Source of the DNA: a virus | Taxonomy: Duplodnaviria > Caudoviricetes | Length of the DNA: 64,000 bases | Virus record (IMG/VR): IMGVR_UViG_2728369562_000003 | Coordinates: 21,712 to 85,711 of that record | Strand: one strand, 5' to 3' | Shown: piece by piece, positions 1 to 10,891 of the stretch | Layout: each line of letters opens with the position of its first letter | Numbering within the stretch: position 1 is the first letter of the stretch | Program-made: the position numbers and the translations under genes | Notes under the pieces: generated by a model | Seen by the model: only the letters and a program-made list of their open reading frames with translations | Database searches by the model: none | Told to the model about the DNA's origin: nothing

Positions 1-306
1 TACAATGTCTAAATTTTCGCTGAACGCCAACGGCTTGTAATCATCAACATCTAGCCAACGCTTAATTGCTCTTATTTTTTTCTCATCATAATTTTCACCA
101 ACATAAAAGTTTAAAGGGAATTGTTTTGATTCTCTTTTGACGCCTTCAGTGTACGGCTCTGATCTTCCTTTTACATAAGTTTCATTAACTGATCGTGAAC
201 CTAAAAAGGATTCCTCAACTAACCCAGACTCTGTATTAACGTTTTCCACACCGTAGTCGATCGACTTTACGTTATCAAACATGAAATATTGGCTCTGCCT
301 AATCAA
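1..306 (-). CDS. yomH: Distal tail protein YomH-like, 5' part (runs off window)
   Basis: Read by hand: GGGGGTG RBS, TTG start at 306, open frame MIRQSQYFMFDNVKSIDYGVENV...; directly follows tape measure gene. Confidence 0.75.
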   Translation of the reverse strand, partial: MIRQSQYFMFDNVKSIDYGVENVNTESGLVEESFLGSRSVNETYVKGRSEPYTEGVKRESKQFPLNFYVGENYDEKKIRAIKRWLDVDDYKPLAFSENLDIV

Positions 307-349
307 TTTTTCACCCCCAATATAAATAGAGCCGGCAATCTTAGCCGAC

Positions 350-3300
350 TCATGTGATGTTGAAATTTAGTCCAGTATTTTTAAGCCCATTTGCTAATTG
401 TTTGTATACTAAGCTTGCAGTCTCTTTAGCATTACTAGCTTCTGTTACATTAATTGTGAATGAGTTCTGATTGTTTGATGTATTCCCTTGAGGTGTAGAA
501 GGGGGTACAGTAGGGGGCGAGAAGTTCTTAAGAGTTGGAATTAAGCCTTTTGTTAGATTTGTTTGACTAGAAACTGCGGCATTTATAGCAGGTGTGACAA
601 GAGCAATACTCTTACTTAAAACATCAGAAATTTTACCAGGTTGACCCCATTTAGAGGCAGTCTTTACTGAGTTATCAGTGGACGTTTGACGAACTTGTTT
701 TACAGCTTCCAGCATGTTTTCAGTATCTGTCTTGTTTAAAATAAGTTCCTTGTCATGTAAGAATGCAAGCTTTCCTGCTCCAAGTCCTGTGCCTGTATAT
801 CCACCAGAAGCAAATGATGACACCTTTTTACCTGTTGTATTTCCAGTTGTAACGGTATTTAATGCACTGGCAGCGTCCTTAAGCTTATCAATTAAGTTAT
901 TGGAAATACTTTTCCCGATCGACTTCATATTCTCGTTTATGAACTTGGTGAATTCATTAAGCTGTTTAGCGATATCAGTGATTTTACCATCCATAAGCTT
1001 ATCTTCAAGCTTTTTGAATGCTCGTTCATCATTTACCAGGTCATCGTACTTGTTGTTGATTGACTCTTCATCTTTTTCAAGCTGATCCTGAAGGGCTTCT
1101 TTACGTTTTGTGTTGCTACGATCTTTAATATACTCGTCTAATGCTTCCTGTTGTTCTTGAAGTTGTTTCTCAAGGTCTTTGACTTGGGATTTAGCCTCAG
1201 AGGAGTCGTCCATTGAAAGCTTATTGATCTTATCCTTTGTTTCCTGAATTGCTTGGTTTTTCTCCTTCAATTCCTTTTGATACTTAGCTTCTTCGTCTTG
1301 TTTGTCGATCTCATCAATCTTGTCTTGTGTCGCTTTCTGATGGGCTTCTAACTCAATATCCCGCATTTTTTCGTACATCTCTTTGTAGATGGATACAACT
1401 TCATCAGCCAATGATTTATAGATTTCCTTGATCGACTTCTTGGTGTTATAAAGCTCAAGATTAAAGTCTTTCTGTTTATCTTTCCAGTTTTCGATTTCTT
1501 CAGTGATCTGTTCCTGGATGTCAGGGAAACCTTTCGCAGCTTTCTTTTGCTCTTCAAGCTGTTTGATATATTTTTTGGCTTCCTTTTGTTGTTGCTGAAT
1601 GAGCTTTATCTGTTTGCTATAGTACTTAACCTTGTCTTCATCTTCTTCAGTCATTGATATTTTATTATCAACGTCTTTAATTTTCCCTTGGGTTTTAGAA
1701 GATGACTTTTCAATTGATTTGAGTGTCTCATCAACTTTAGATTGGACAAGTTGTTTCTGTAGCTCACGAACCTGGTCTTGAACAGATATTAAATCTAGCT
1801 TGGCTTGTTTAAGCTCTTCTTGAAGCTGTGAACGTTGAGCGGAGTTCAATGCTTTATTTGTTTTAATTTCTTTTTGAATCCAATTAACTTTTTGTTGTTG
1901 GATTTTAGCTTGCTCTGCCACAGCTTTTTTCTGATCAGAGGTGTATTTTCGGAATTCCTTGCTGTCAGAAGTGTATCGATTAGCCATTGATTCATCTTTT
2001 GCTATCCGAACATCAAAATCTCCAATTCTTTTATCAAACTCATCGAGTTTAGATTGAACTAGTTCATACTGAAGTTCTTGAATCTGATCATTGACTGAAC
2101 TGATATCTCCTTGGAGAGAGAGAAGATCAGATTTAGCCTGAGCTATCCCTTGTTGCCGTTCTGCCTCAGCTTGTGACGCATCTGAAATAGAAGTTCCAAT
2201 ACCTTGCATGTACTTTTCAGGATCGATTGTTTTTCCATTTTGTTCGATCTGTAAATGAAGGTGGTTCCCAGTTGAGTTCCCTGTGCTACCAACTTTACCA
2301 ATGGTTTGACCAGCTTTAACTGATTGACCTGCTTTTACAGAAGGAGTGTTAAGCATGTGCATGTACTTGGCAACTGTTCCATCATCCTGTTTAATAACAA
2401 CCCAGTTACCTGCAGTTTTACTGTAGCCAGCAATTTGGACTTTACCACTTTGAAGAGATTTAATTGCTGTACCTGCTTTTGCAGCAAAATCAGTTCCTTT
2501 GTGTGGGGAGGAGCGGAGACCAGATTCCTGTTGTCCATATTTGGAGCTTACTCTAAAAGCGCTATTATTTGTATAATAGCTGGCGATTGAAGAAGTGGCA
2601 GATGAGAGCGATTTGCTATAGTTGGCCATGATCTTCTTGACGTAATTCTGTGTTTCTTTAAAAGGAGGGATACCACCATATTTAATTACGTTACCAGGCC
2701 CAGCATTATATGCAGCCAATGCTTTTTCAACATTACCGCCAAACTTTTCAAGCTGTTGGGCAAGATATTTGGTTCCACCCATAACATTTTGATAAGGATC
2801 GTAAGCGTTATTTACCCCTAAGCTTTTTGCTGTTGCTGGCATCAGTTGCATTAATCCCATAGCGCCTACGCCAGATCGTGCTTTAGCATTGAACCCTGAT
2901 TCTTGCTGAATTACAGCTGCAATAAGGGCGGGGTCAACATTGTATTTACTAGCTGCAGAATTTATGTAACTTGAATATTTGCCTGAATATGAGCCACCAG
3001 TTGAAGAAGAAGTTCCACCAGAAGAAGCTGTAGAGGTTACAATACCATATTGAGTAACATTACCGGATTTAATTTGATCTTTAAGCAATTTGGCTTGTTC
3101 CTGCATAAGCTTTTTCTTTTGTTGTAGAGCTTTTATCTCTTTTTTAATAGCGTCTCTATACTTTTGAGAATACTTCGGATAATCATTGACCTGTTTGTTG
3201 TATTTATCAATTTCAGCATTAACTTTTTCTAATGCTTCCTTGTATTTATCAGCAACATACATTGAAGTTTTTATTTCTTCAGAAGCTTTTTCTGCAGATG

Positions 3301-6300
3301 AAGACATGTCTTCCATTGATGTACCAGTCTCTGATAGGGAAGAAGAGGCTAAATCAGCTAATTTATCAAGTTCTTTAAGTTGATCTGTAATATCAGTAAC
3401 TTGATTTAAATCATCTTGAGTTTTAGGAAGGTATTGAATTGCTCCACCATTACCTTTTTTCATCTCATCAAGTATTTTTTGCTTTTGTTTTTCAAGATCT
3501 GACTTCATATTATAAGCATCTTGAACTGTCTTGATCGCTTTAACTTCAGATTTATACATATTAATCTTCTTGTTTAAAGCATTAGCTTGATTTATTAGAT
3601 CTTGCTTAACAGACTGTTGCATGTCATTGTACGCTTTTAGCTTTGTGTCACGGAGCTTAACAACTGCATCTCTGTTTATTTTCACAACGCCATTTTCAAT
3701 TGAAATAGCGTCTGCAAGATCGTTTTCCTTCTGTATGAGTTTCATAGCTTCTGTTGCTGATAAACTCTTACCTTCTGCCATTTTCTCAAGCAATTCATTT
3801 AAAGGGGAGATGTTATCCGCCATAGCATCATAAGCATCATTTTGCATTGCGGAAATGGCTAAATCATTTTGTTTGGAATCTACAAGGTCACTAATAATTG
3901 AGCTAATTGCTTCGAAGTCACCTTTGGCATCTTTAAGTTTGTCAGATAGAGTGCCAACAGCTTCACCTAAAGCATCTACGCCTTCTCCATTTTCATCCCA
4001 TGTTACTTTAGCTGATTCCGCTGAATTGTTCGTTGAGTCAATAGCATCCTTAAGATCCCCGTAAGAAAGTACAAGGCCATTTGCCTTATCAGAACCATTT
4101 ACATATTGACTTATGAGGTTTTCAAGACCTTGCGAGGCTTTTGAAAAGTCCGTCTGATTCCCTGATTGTAGAGCCTTTTGTATCTTATCCATATATTGAG
4201 AAACATTGATAGAAAAGGACTCTAACTGCGATGCATCCATTTTGCTGAAATCAATCTTATTAAATGCATCATTAACTTCCTTAGTGAGTTGAGGATTAAT
4301 TTTTATGGAGTTAAATGCTTCTACTGTTTTGGAAACTTGCTCACGAATTTTTGACTGTGAGCTAGATAGAGATTGTTCAACACGAAGTGCTTCTTGTTCA
4401 GCTTTAACACCTTGATTTTTAATTGAACTGTCATCCGCAAAAGGATTTTCAAAGAATGACCAGAAACCCTTTCCTTTTGAGTATGTGTCAGCCATCTTTT
4501 TATATTGATCAATTTCATCCTGAAGATTCTTAATTTCTTTCAAACTATCTGAAAAAGTGTCTTTAGCGCCTGTTTGAATATCTTTCTTATTAAGGTCGGC
4601 TAGTTCTTGTGTATATTTGATGGCATCTTGTAGAGCGTCATTATTTTTAATTATTGCTTGCCCTTGTGAGTCGTAACCAGCAACTAAATTAGGAAATGTT
4701 TGAGCTAATTGTTGCGTGACCTGAAGATATTCCTGTTCTTTTTCAGAACTTAAAGTACCTGATTCTTTTGCTTTTTGAAGCTCTTTATATTGAACAATTA
4801 ATTGATCAGTTGTGTCTTTATTAGTTGTAATTGCCTCAATACTTGTTATTTTGGCTTGTTCAAAATCTTCTCGTGCTTGTTTTAATTTAGAATATGAGGA
4901 TATTAGCTTTTCAATAACAACACCAAAAGCCATCATTGCTGCCATAGGAAGGAAGCTACCAGCTAAGAAAGCCCCTGTAGTCATTGCTGCCTTTTTTAAG
5001 TTCGTAATTGAAGTTGAAAAAGCAGTCGTGATTTTACTCCAAATTGCTGTTTTGGCTGAAGCTGCTGTCACTCCAACCGTAAAAGTATTAAAATTCAGGA
5101 TAAGATTTTTTAGAGCCGCACCCATTGCAGTGCCTGAAGTTAAAGCACTTGCACGAAGTGAAGAGTTAAATAATATAACTGCAGCTGTCGCTGCTCCAAA
5201 TACTTGCGGCAGTAATCCAACGGACTTGGTTACTTGGGCACTTAATTGCATCAGACTTTTCAATGCTTCAGCGAATACTACGATACTATCAGATATCAGT
5301 GCTTCACCAGATGCAACTGACATCTCTGTAAAAGCATTAGATAAACGATTAATTCTTGCTTGCAAACTATCGGCATATTTTTGCTGTTCTTTCCATGAGC
5401 TACCGACCGAATTAGCGGCTGTATTTGCTGCACTTTGGGCAATGGAGAAATTATTCATCATCGCGTTAAAACGTGACAATTGGTAAATGCCTGCAACGCC
5501 TATGGATGTGTTTTGTTTCTGGGCATCGCTCAATGTATCCCATTTCCCAGCAAGTTCCTCAATTAATTCACTTGAAGACTTAGCTTCACCACCAGCTGTT
5601 TTAACTGAGATACCGATCTGTTCTAATGCTTTGATTGAACTCTGGTTATTACCAATACGAGCAAAAATCGTCTTTAATGAGTTACCAACAATATTCCCAG
5701 ATTCACGAGTAGTACTAGCAATTGCTGTTGTATACCCAATTAAGTCGTTTAATTCAACACCAAAAGTTGAAGCAGTGGAGCCAGCTTTTCTAATACTGTT
5801 TGCAAGGTCTAATGTGCTAACAGCATAGTTGTTATCAACTTCATTAAGTTTATCAGCAATTGAGATTGAATCGCCGGCAGCTACATTAAAGTTAAGCATT
5901 GCAGCTGTTAAAGTATTAACAGTATCGGTAGGATTTAAATCCGAGATGTTCTGTAAGATCTGAGCGGTTTTAGTTACATCGCCAAGTTCAGATTCACTAT
6001 AACCCATTCGCCCAAATGCGCCAGTGATTTCAAGAATATCTGAAATTTTATTTGATAGTTGATCACCGAGATCAATTGAGGATTGAAGAAGTTCATTAAA
6101 CTTGTAATCAGGTAAATCCATTACACGTCTAATGTCTGTCATTAATGTATCGATTTGAATAACTTGTTCCACCATTGACTTTAATGCTTGAACACCAGAA
6201 TAGAACATTGTCCCACTTAAAAAATATGCGGGCATTCGACTGAATGATTGCGCTAATTGTTCTCCAAACCCTGACACATTAGAAGAAGCAGACGATGCAT

Positions 6301-7243
6301 TTGCAGATACCTCTCTGAATTGCATATTCAGATTCTGCATTTGTGTTCTTAAATTAGGGGTTCTTGCAGTAAGTTGGTTAACTGAGTTGAGATAATTCTG
6401 TAGAGCAGTGGAGTTAGCTGTACTAAGAGAGCTGCCGTAGCGAGCATTGAGGTTTTGGACATTTATTTGCGCTTGACGCTGATATAATTGAACTTGGTGT
6501 TCAAGTTCTTTTGTTTTTGCTTTAGCAGTAGATGAATCATCAAGACGCTTAATACGGTTAGCAATTTGATCAATTTGAGCTGCTGTTTGTGCACCTTTAA
6601 TTGAAGTCGAGAGACGAGTAAGCACTTGGGAGGACATTAATCCTTTTGCTCTCAACTTTTCAAGGCTTTGATTTAGTTGTTCAATTGCTTTCCGTTGTTG
6701 ATCGTAGTTAGTTGTAATTCTTGAAGAAGTTGCATTAGTTTTAGGGTCAGTCGTATAAACAATGTCTTCAAAACCATTACGGTTTTTCTGTACAACATTC
6801 GTGGTTTGGCCCTGTAGGTTCTTTTGTTCGGTCTTTTTTTGTACTTGACCTAATTTTTCAGTAGCTTGAACGAGCTTGTTAACTTCTTGAGTTTCTTGCC
6901 TTAGAGCAGCATTGCGATTATTAATTATTTTCGTTTCACGTTGAAGAATCTCACCGTTTTTCTTGTATTGCTGGGTGAGTTTTTCAACTGATCCGTCAGC
7001 ATTCTTAATTACAGTGGACGTTTCTTTTACTGTTTGATTATAGGATTTTAGATTTTTTTGATACGCATCTACAGCAGAAGAGAATTCTTGCAGAGCTTTT
7101 AAGGTTGTAGAATCAATATTTGTGTTGAGTTTGAGGGAGTTAAGCTTCTTTTCTAAAGATTTGATTTGCTGATTTAACTGTTCGACAGTTTTTGATGAGG
7201 TATCAGCTTGTGGGGTTAATATGATTTTGAGGTTTTGACTCAA
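350..7243 (-). CDS. cwlP: Tail tape measure protein with lytic transglycosylase (SLT) and M23 peptidase domains
   Basis: 2297 aa coiled-coil; TP901-type tape measure core; SLT motifs AVIQQESGF, GAMGLMQLMP, AAYNAGPG; M23 motifs HKGTDF and HLHLQ. Confidence 0.95.
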   Translation of the reverse strand: MSQNLKIILTPQADTSSKTVEQLNQQIKSLEKKLNSLKLNTNIDSTTLKALQEFSSAVDAYQKNLKSYNQTVKETSTVIKNADGSVEKLTQQYKKNGEILQRETKIINNRNAALRQETQEVNKLVQATEKLGQVQKKTEQKNLQGQTTNVVQKNRNGFEDIVYTTDPKTNATSSRITTNYDQQRKAIEQLNQSLEKLRAKGLMSSQVLTRLSTSIKGAQTAAQIDQIANRIKRLDDSSTAKAKTKELEHQVQLYQRQAQINVQNLNARYGSSLSTANSTALQNYLNSVNQLTARTPNLRTQMQNLNMQFREVSANASSASSNVSGFGEQLAQSFSRMPAYFLSGTMFYSGVQALKSMVEQVIQIDTLMTDIRRVMDLPDYKFNELLQSSIDLGDQLSNKISDILEITGAFGRMGYSESELGDVTKTAQILQNISDLNPTDTVNTLTAAMLNFNVAAGDSISIADKLNEVDNNYAVSTLDLANSIRKAGSTASTFGVELNDLIGYTTAIASTTRESGNIVGNSLKTIFARIGNNQSSIKALEQIGISVKTAGGEAKSSSELIEELAGKWDTLSDAQKQNTSIGVAGIYQLSRFNAMMNNFSIAQSAANTAANSVGSSWKEQQKYADSLQARINRLSNAFTEMSVASGEALISDSIVVFAEALKSLMQLSAQVTKSVGLLPQVFGAATAAVILFNSSLRASALTSGTAMGAALKNLILNFNTFTVGVTAASAKTAIWSKITTAFSTSITNLKKAAMTTGAFLAGSFLPMAAMMAFGVVIEKLISSYSKLKQAREDFEQAKITSIEAITTNKDTTDQLIVQYKELQKAKESGTLSSEKEQEYLQVTQQLAQTFPNLVAGYDSQGQAIIKNNDALQDAIKYTQELADLNKKDIQTGAKDTFSDSLKEIKNLQDEIDQYKKMADTYSKGKGFWSFFENPFADDSSIKNQGVKAEQEALRVEQSLSSSQSKIREQVSKTVEAFNSIKINPQLTKEVNDAFNKIDFSKMDASQLESFSINVSQYMDKIQKALQSGNQTDFSKASQGLENLISQYVNGSDKANGLVLSYGDLKDAIDSTNNSAESAKVTWDENGEGVDALGEAVGTLSDKLKDAKGDFEAISSIISDLVDSKQNDLAISAMQNDAYDAMADNISPLNELLEKMAEGKSLSATEAMKLIQKENDLADAISIENGVVKINRDAVVKLRDTKLKAYNDMQQSVKQDLINQANALNKKINMYKSEVKAIKTVQDAYNMKSDLEKQKQKILDEMKKGNGGAIQYLPKTQDDLNQVTDITDQLKELDKLADLASSSLSETGTSMEDMSSSAEKASEEIKTSMYVADKYKEALEKVNAEIDKYNKQVNDYPKYSQKYRDAIKKEIKALQQKKKLMQEQAKLLKDQIKSGNVTQYGIVTSTASSGGTSSSTGGSYSGKYSSYINSAASKYNVDPALIAAVIQQESGFNAKARSGVGAMGLMQLMPATAKSLGVNNAYDPYQNVMGGTKYLAQQLEKFGGNVEKALAAYNAGPGNVIKYGGIPPFKETQNYVKKIMANYSKSLSSATSSIASYYTNNSAFRVSSKYGQQESGLRSSPHKGTDFAAKAGTAIKSLQSGKVQIAGYSKTAGNWVVIKQDDGTVAKYMHMLNTPSVKAGQSVKAGQTIGKVGSTGNSTGNHLHLQIEQNGKTIDPEKYMQGIGTSISDASQAEAERQQGIAQAKSDLLSLQGDISSVNDQIQELQYELVQSKLDEFDKRIGDFDVRIAKDESMANRYTSDSKEFRKYTSDQKKAVAEQAKIQQQKVNWIQKEIKTNKALNSAQRSQLQEELKQAKLDLISVQDQVRELQKQLVQSKVDETLKSIEKSSSKTQGKIKDVDNKISMTEEDEDKVKYYSKQIKLIQQQQKEAKKYIKQLEEQKKAAKGFPDIQEQITEEIENWKDKQKDFNLELYNTKKSIKEIYKSLADEVVSIYKEMYEKMRDIELEAHQKATQDKIDEIDKQDEEAKYQKELKEKNQAIQETKDKINKLSMDDSSEAKSQVKDLEKQLQEQQEALDEYIKDRSNTKRKEALQDQLEKDEESINNKYDDLVNDERAFKKLEDKLMDGKITDIAKQLNEFTKFINENMKSIGKSISNNLIDKLKDAASALNTVTTGNTTGKKVSSFASGGYTGTGLGAGKLAFLHDKELILNKTDTENMLEAVKQVRQTSTDNSVKTASKWGQPGKISDVLSKSIALVTPAINAAVSSQTNLTKGLIPTLKNFSPPTVPPSTPQGNTSNNQNSFTINVTEASNAKETASLVYKQLANGLKNTGLNFNIT

Positions 7244-7296
7244 GTAAGAATCACTTCCTTTCAGTAGAGGAGGGGGAAAATAAAAAAGCCACTCAG

Positions 7297-7923
7297 CTAT
7301 TGAGCGACTTTACTACCTTTGCGTATTGCTATTTCCATAATCCCTTGCCAAATTTCAACATTAGATAAAGCTTCCTTAACTTTTTGATCATCTTGTTTAA
7401 ATCCTTTAGTGTTTTCTAAGCCAGTATCAGTTTTACTTGGTAAGAACTCTATTTTAGTTATGGGGTTAGAAAAATCATCAAGTTTTAACTTAAGATCAAT
7501 CTTTCTAAAATATTTGGACTCAGTTCTGTCTGAAGATAACCCTCCAACAAGAGCCCCAATACCTCCTGCAGCAAGTCCTCCGATAACGGCTCCTGCCATT
7601 TGACTACCTCTAGAAACTCTTGTTATGGATTGATCGTCAATGGCTATCTCAGCTTCGATTATCTTGCTAAATGGGATAGATTTTTCTTCAATAGCCAAAA
7701 TTTCATTGAAATGATGAATAACAAACTTATTTTCGGATTCAACCAAAGTCAGTTTTTTATTTTTATCTGGGGTTAGATATGACTTGCAGTCCTTTGGGTA
7801 ATTTCCTGCGGAAATTATTTTCTCTAAATTTTGTTTTTCGATTTCCTTTTGTTTATCTGCTCCAAAATCCCCTAATATAAAGAAAATAGCTATTATTAAC
7901 AAAACAATAATTGCCCATATCAT
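7297..7923 (-). CDS. yomJ: YomJ-like membrane-anchored protein (SPbeta superinfection immunity protein d family)
   Basis: N-terminal TM helix, GGLAAGGIGALVGG glycine zipper, C-terminal KVAQ; position upstream of cwlP as in SPbeta. Confidence 0.7.
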   Translation of the reverse strand: MIWAIIVLLIIAIFFILGDFGADKQKEIEKQNLEKIISAGNYPKDCKSYLTPDKNKKLTLVESENKFVIHHFNEILAIEEKSIPFSKIIEAEIAIDDQSITRVSRGSQMAGAVIGGLAAGGIGALVGGLSSDRTESKYFRKIDLKLKLDDFSNPITKIEFLPSKTDTGLENTKGFKQDDQKVKEALSNVEIWQGIMEIAIRKGSKVAQ

Positions 7924-8285
7924 ACAACCACCACCGGTATCATTTACCTACATTATATCACGGTTTCCAAAAGTATAGAACGGGAGTGAGAGGGATAGAG
8001 TGATCATTTCATCTACTATTTATAGTTGAATGATTTAAGTTACTATTCCCTATTAACATTTTCTCTTCATGCATAGCGTAATTAGGATACATACCCTATT
8101 GCGCTTTTGGTTGTTATTTGCTTATGAGTAAATGCTATTACCTTAAAATTACTCAAATGTATGGATTTGGACATAGGTTATATGTTATGGTTCTAATTGA
8201 AAGGAGGGACATATTATAAAAATGCCTACATCAGGTTCAATCAACATAGAAGGCTCTATTATCAATCAAAAAAGGAGCTGTTACT

Positions 8286-9119
8286 ATGGGAAAGTTTAAA
8301 AAATCACTTTTTTCTATTTTGGGTTTCGTGTTAATTTTGTCATCTTTCACATTTGTCACTGGAAGTAAAGCAGCAAGCGCAAGCGAAAAGAATGAAATCA
8401 ATTCAATTCAAGAATATCAAGATTTGCTTTTGGCTACACTAAAAATCTCTAATCCTCAAGATGAAGAACAATTAGAAAATGCTGTTGATCAGTTCAATTC
8501 TAAAAATGTATTCAACGATAAAGCACTAACCAAATATTATGTTGAGTCGAATAGCAAAACAATATTACCGAACGTTGACAATACAAAAAAGGAACTTGAT
8601 ATTGAAAAGTACATCCAATCAAACATTGATATAGGTCAATTCACCACGCACAAACTTAGCGAAAACATCTCCGTTACTTTCACAAATACTCCAGTTTATT
8701 TCATTGAGTCAACCACCGAAGAAGACACACCACAAACCTCATCTGATGTAGAAATCGCAGCGGCAAAATATAAAAACACAAAAACATACACACATAGCTA
8801 TACGGCCAAAAACTTTTTAAATATGAAGCTTTTCACTGTCAAGGCAAAGGGATATTTTCAATACAATGGTTCTGATGTTAAACCGAAGTTGAATGATGCC
8901 TGGTATACAAAAGGCTTCTTGTCCATCTGGCAAGTTTCCAACTGGCAAAAGAGCACATATAAAAAAGGATCTAATTACGCTGAGGTTTACGGAAGAGGAA
9001 ATTTCCACTTTGGTCTCGAAATTAATGGTTATGGCTTGGTAGTCCAAGATCAATATATCAAAGTTTATTTAACAGGCAATAAAAAAGGAACAGTTTATAA
9101 GAAAACAAGCGTAAAATAA
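8286..9119 (+). CDS. Secreted protein with signal peptide, acidic pro-like region and basic beta-rich C-terminal domain
   Basis: Sec signal ending ASA; AAGGAG RBS; Lys/Tyr/Gly-rich C-terminal ~115 aa. Confidence 0.85.
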   Translation: MGKFKKSLFSILGFVLILSSFTFVTGSKAASASEKNEINSIQEYQDLLLATLKISNPQDEEQLENAVDQFNSKNVFNDKALTKYYVESNSKTILPNVDNTKKELDIEKYIQSNIDIGQFTTHKLSENISVTFTNTPVYFIESTTEEDTPQTSSDVEIAAAKYKNTKTYTHSYTAKNFLNMKLFTVKAKGYFQYNGSDVKPKLNDAWYTKGFLSIWQVSNWQKSTYKKGSNYAEVYGRGNFHFGLEINGYGLVVQDQYIKVYLTGNKKGTVYKKTSVK

Positions 9120-9138
9120 ACAAAGGAGGTGATATTTT

Positions 9139-9333
9139 ATGAAGCAGTTTTTTCTTTCTAAATCCTTCACATTTTCTTTTCTGTTTTTCGCTTTGTTTTT
9201 CGGGTTTCAATTAAACACTGATGGATTACAAGCTATTTCGATTTTTAATTTGTTGTTGGTCAGCTTGATTTGTTCATCGGCGTTCACCTTTATCATACGA
9301 TTATTCAAAAGTAAAAGGCCCGTAGCGAATTAG
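9139..9333 (+). CDS. Small two-TM membrane protein (possible immunity partner)
   Basis: AAGGAGGTG RBS, 64 aa hydrophobic, 19 bp after upstream gene. Confidence 0.8.
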   Translation: MKQFFLSKSFTFSFLFFALFFGFQLNTDGLQAISIFNLLLVSLICSSAFTFIIRLFKSKRPVAN

Positions 9334-9352
9334 CAACAGAATTCTTTAAACA

Positions 9353-9392
9353 AAGAAAGAGGAATGCATTAAGCGTTCCTCTTTCTTATTTT
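9353..9392 (+). terminator. Rho-independent terminator
   Basis: AAGAAAGAGGAATGC...GCGTTCCTCTTTCTT stem followed by T-rich tract. Confidence 0.75.
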
Positions 9393-9479
9393 ATGTAATA
9401 GTTCTGTGTTTCTCTTTATTACGGATTGATGTCTTAGGGAATTTCCCATATAAAAGCTAATAAAAAGAATTGATAAAGA

Positions 9480-9902
9480 TCATTTGGTATTACCCTCTTT
9501 TTCTTTCTTTATCATTCCAAGCAAATCACTCAGGTAATTTACTGCCAATAACTTTTTTCTGTCTTTATAGTATGCCCACCAAAATGCAAGAGTTGCACCA
9601 CCTACGAGCAAAATATTAATAAGGGGAAAAGACTTAAATAATGTCTGGTAAAGCCCCATTGCAATATTCCAAACTGTTAAAATCCAAGGTAAATGTTTAG
9701 TGTGGTCAAATTGTTTTTGAAGATTCTCAAGTCTTGCTTCAATAAAAATCAAAGAGTCAGCGTCAATTTCTCTTAATGAATTTAGGGTTTTTCTTCTGCT
9801 TTCCTCAGTCGTATTCAAATATCCTAAATCATTTTTGATATATTAAAGAAATTGTTTAGTACCAAGTGAAAGAAGTTGGTGTGTTACTGTATTACTTTCC
9901 AT
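9480..9902 (-). pseudogene. Membrane protein gene (YomK position) with in-frame TAA at codon 20
   Basis: GAGGTG RBS and ATG at 9902 read MESNTVTHQLLSLGTKQFL*YIKNDLGYLNTTEESRR..., in frame with ORF 9480..9818; stop at 9845-9843. Confidence 0.7.
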
Positions 9903-9924
9903 TGCATAATCACCTCAATGTGAA

Positions 9925-9950
9925 TTATCGGATACAAATGGAAAATTTTA
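9925..9950 (-). promoter_or_regulatory. Putative sigma-D promoter
   Basis: TAAA-N14-TCCGATAA upstream of the RBS; resembles consensus TAAA-N14/16-GCCGATAT. Confidence 0.5.
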
Positions 9951-10022
9951 AAGGAGGAGGGAGGGGGGAACTCCCTAATTTATGGTACTATTAGATTGAT
10001 TACTAAACGAGGAGAGATTGTT

Positions 10023-10169
10023 ATGGAAAAAAGACCAGATAGCAGACCAACGGAAATTAGACCGGGTAGTAGACCAACTGAGAATGCAATGAACACACCA
10101 AGACACGAACAAAATTCAGCCGATAAACCATCACTAATATTAAATCCGCCAAAAATAAAGAAGAATTAA
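10023..10169 (+). CDS. Small disordered 48-aa peptide MEKRPDSRPTEIRPGSRPTE...
   Basis: GGAGGAG-like RBS, internal RPxSRPTE repeat, stop overlaps stop of convergent gene. Confidence 0.55.
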   Translation: MEKRPDSRPTEIRPGSRPTENAMNTPRHEQNSADKPSLILNPPKIKKN

Positions 10170-10891
10170 GTTTCACTGTTTTCGCTATCTTTAAGTGTTT
10201 CTAGGTATTGTCCATGGGCTTTCAGGGCATCTTCTGTATTATAAATAGATATGATAAACCCTGTCTTTGTATCAAGGAATACATATGATACCCCAACATC
10301 TTTATTATCTTTTAAAAGTTCTGTCCAGTATTCTGTATTAGAGAGTAAAAGATTTCTTTCTAATTCAACAGGTCTGGACACTTTTTGTATTTCTCCATAA
10401 ATTATTTCATCAGGATTATCGATTTTTCTAAATGAAATAAGCTGAGCGTCATTTTTAAGAAACGTCTCATTCCAAACGGTTGATGTTCCTGAAATTTCAG
10501 CAGTCCCACTTCCTCGTCTCACAACATTCACCAATCTAATCATCCATCTGTATGCGAATCTTGACACAAACCAAGAGAAAAGAAAACTGAAGATAACACT
10601 GCACAACACAAAGTAAACGAGGAAACCAAGATTATTCGATAATTCGAGAACGTCACTAAGCGTATGAACTGATAACCAAGGATTATTTACCGAATTTGCA
10701 TTTACAATCATCTGTGCTAACTTATAAATCCCAAGTACAACCATTCCAACAGGAAACCATAGAATTGCACTTATTGCTGCTATTTCAAAGTTTATATGTT
10801 TACTTGCTGGGTGTAATCCAAATAACTGTATCCAAAAGTAACTCAATAATCCTGGTAAAGTAAAAATTAAAATTGCTACAAAGTTTTCCAT
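10166..10891 (-). CDS. Three-TM membrane protein with soluble C-terminal domain (DUF6338-like)
   Basis: 241 aa, LPG motif in TM1, STVW motif; AAGGAG RBS. Confidence 0.75.
   Translation of the reverse strand: MENFVAILIFTLPGLLSYFWIQLFGLHPASKHINFEIAAISAILWFPVGMVVLGIYKLAQMIVNANSVNNPWLSVHTLSDVLELSNNLGFLVYFVLCSVIFSFLFSWFVSRFAYRWMIRLVNVVRRGSGTAEISGTSTVWNETFLKNDAQLISFRKIDNPDEIIYGEIQKVSRPVELERNLLLSNTEYWTELLKDNKDVGVSYVFLDTKTGFIISIYNTEDALKAHGQYLETLKDSENSET

Noticed and set aside
714-5828. Plus-strand ORFs within cwlP, and similar shadow ORFs in other large genes
   Set aside because: Antisense shadows of coding sequence with no RBS or recognisable motifs.
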